Part shown: positions 63,000 to 64,000 of the stretch, in pieces
Layout: each line of letters starts with the position of its first letter
Position numbering within the stretch: the stretch's first letter is position 1
Source of the DNA: Octopus sinensis
Lineage: Eukaryota
NCBI RefSeq assembly: GCF_006345805.1
Contig: NW_021836133.1
Location: forward strand, 186,001 to 250,000
DNA: 64,000 bases
Direction: 5' to 3'
The notes under the pieces: model-generated
Told to the model about the DNA's origin: nothing
Seen by the model: only the letters and a program-made list of their open reading frames with translations
Databases searched by the model: none
Program-made: the position numbers and the translations under genes

Positions 63000-64000
63000 T
63001 TTCGCGAATTTCGCGATTGTCTTGAAATGGCACATTTGAATCCTTTAAAAATGTTTTCAATTGCTACAGATGGATGTCCTTCTATGGTTGGATGGAAAAC
63101 TGGGTTTCAAGGTCTCGTAGCTGGATGGCGAGTAGATGATGAGTTGAGTCCTGTGATTTGGCATCACTGCATCCTGCATCAAGAAAATTTATCCGCGAAA
63201 TCTATGAAAATGGACCATGTTACAGAAACGGTCATTTCGATCGTAAATTTTATTCGATCCCGTGCTTTAAATCATCGGAATTTCAAGATATTTCTCGAGG
63301 ATGTTGACGCCAAGTATGGAGATTTGCTTATGCATACAACTGTACGATGGTTGAGTCGGGCAGCATGTCTAAAAAGGTTATATAAATTTAAACTAAATCG
63401 CATTTAGATTTTATGACCTTCTCCCGGAGATTATGCATTTTATTGACAATAAGATATTTTATCCTCAGCTTACTGATAAGGAGTGGATTGCAGATTTAGC
63501 ATTTATGGTAGATATTTCTACGCACCTTTCAATTTTGAATACTTCTTTGCAGGGTAAGGGCAAACTATGTCATGAATTGTACGGAATGGTTTCTGCATTT
63601 ATCGAAAAACTACACCTTTGGAATATACAAATTGAAAGTAGAGTTACCATTCATTTCCCAATACTTTCAAATCACAGGGAAGATGGATCCTACAAAAATA
63701 TATCTGCGTTATTAGTGACTTAATCGATGAATTCGAAACACGTTTTAATGATTTTAAAGAAGCTTTACCTATTATGAAAATATTTTTGTCACCTATGGAA
63801 GCAGATGCTGCAACCGCTCCATACATATATCAACTGGAACTAATTGAAATGCAGGCAAATTTACAACTTACCGCGCTATTTAAGTCAAGTGAACTATTGG
63901 ATTTTTGGGGGTCGAATTCCACAGTGGAAATATCCGAACTTGGTCGATAATGCTCAAAAAAATGCATCAGTCTTCGGATCAACGTATACATGTGAAGCTC
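63000..64000 (+). mobile_element. hAT (SPIN/GTF2IRD2-like) transposase remnant running off the window
   Basis: ATDGCPSMVG, HCILHQENL, VRWLSR, WIADLAFMVDI..LQGK and FGSTYTCE. Confidence 0.85.

Noticed and set aside
1-64000. tRNA or rRNA genes
   Set aside because: None recognised by eye. tRNAscan-SE or Infernal would be needed to exclude divergent ones.

Overview
AT-rich eukaryotic genomic DNA, heavily invaded by transposons. Its spliceosomal introns are tiny, mostly about 23-32 nt. There is one compact island of host genes at 6.5-11.9 kb (WASH1, TSEN54, SRA1-like, an LRRC27-like LRR gene, archease) and an apparently intact ATG9 at 27-29 kb. Two decayed host gene fragments are present: a PRMT5 N-terminal piece and the C-terminal half of a DNAH1-like axonemal dynein heavy chain. 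The rest is nested mobile DNA: APE-RT LINEs, CRE-like and R4/Dong-like RLE retroelements, and Tc1, pogo/Tigger, hAT and Ginger-like elements, several with readable TIRs and target-site duplications. Gene content and intron size suggest a reduced, probably parasitic, animal-like eukaryote such as a dicyemid, but this is inference only. The most notable observations are a twin-priming-type 5' inversion in an RLE retroelement inside a three-level nest, a sharp G/C strand-skew flip in the middle of ATG9, tiny introns inside DNA transposases, two introns lacking AG acceptors, and two tRNA-splicing genes sitting close together. All family assignments come from recognising motifs by eye. No search was run, and single-base indels in homopolymers may be assembly errors.
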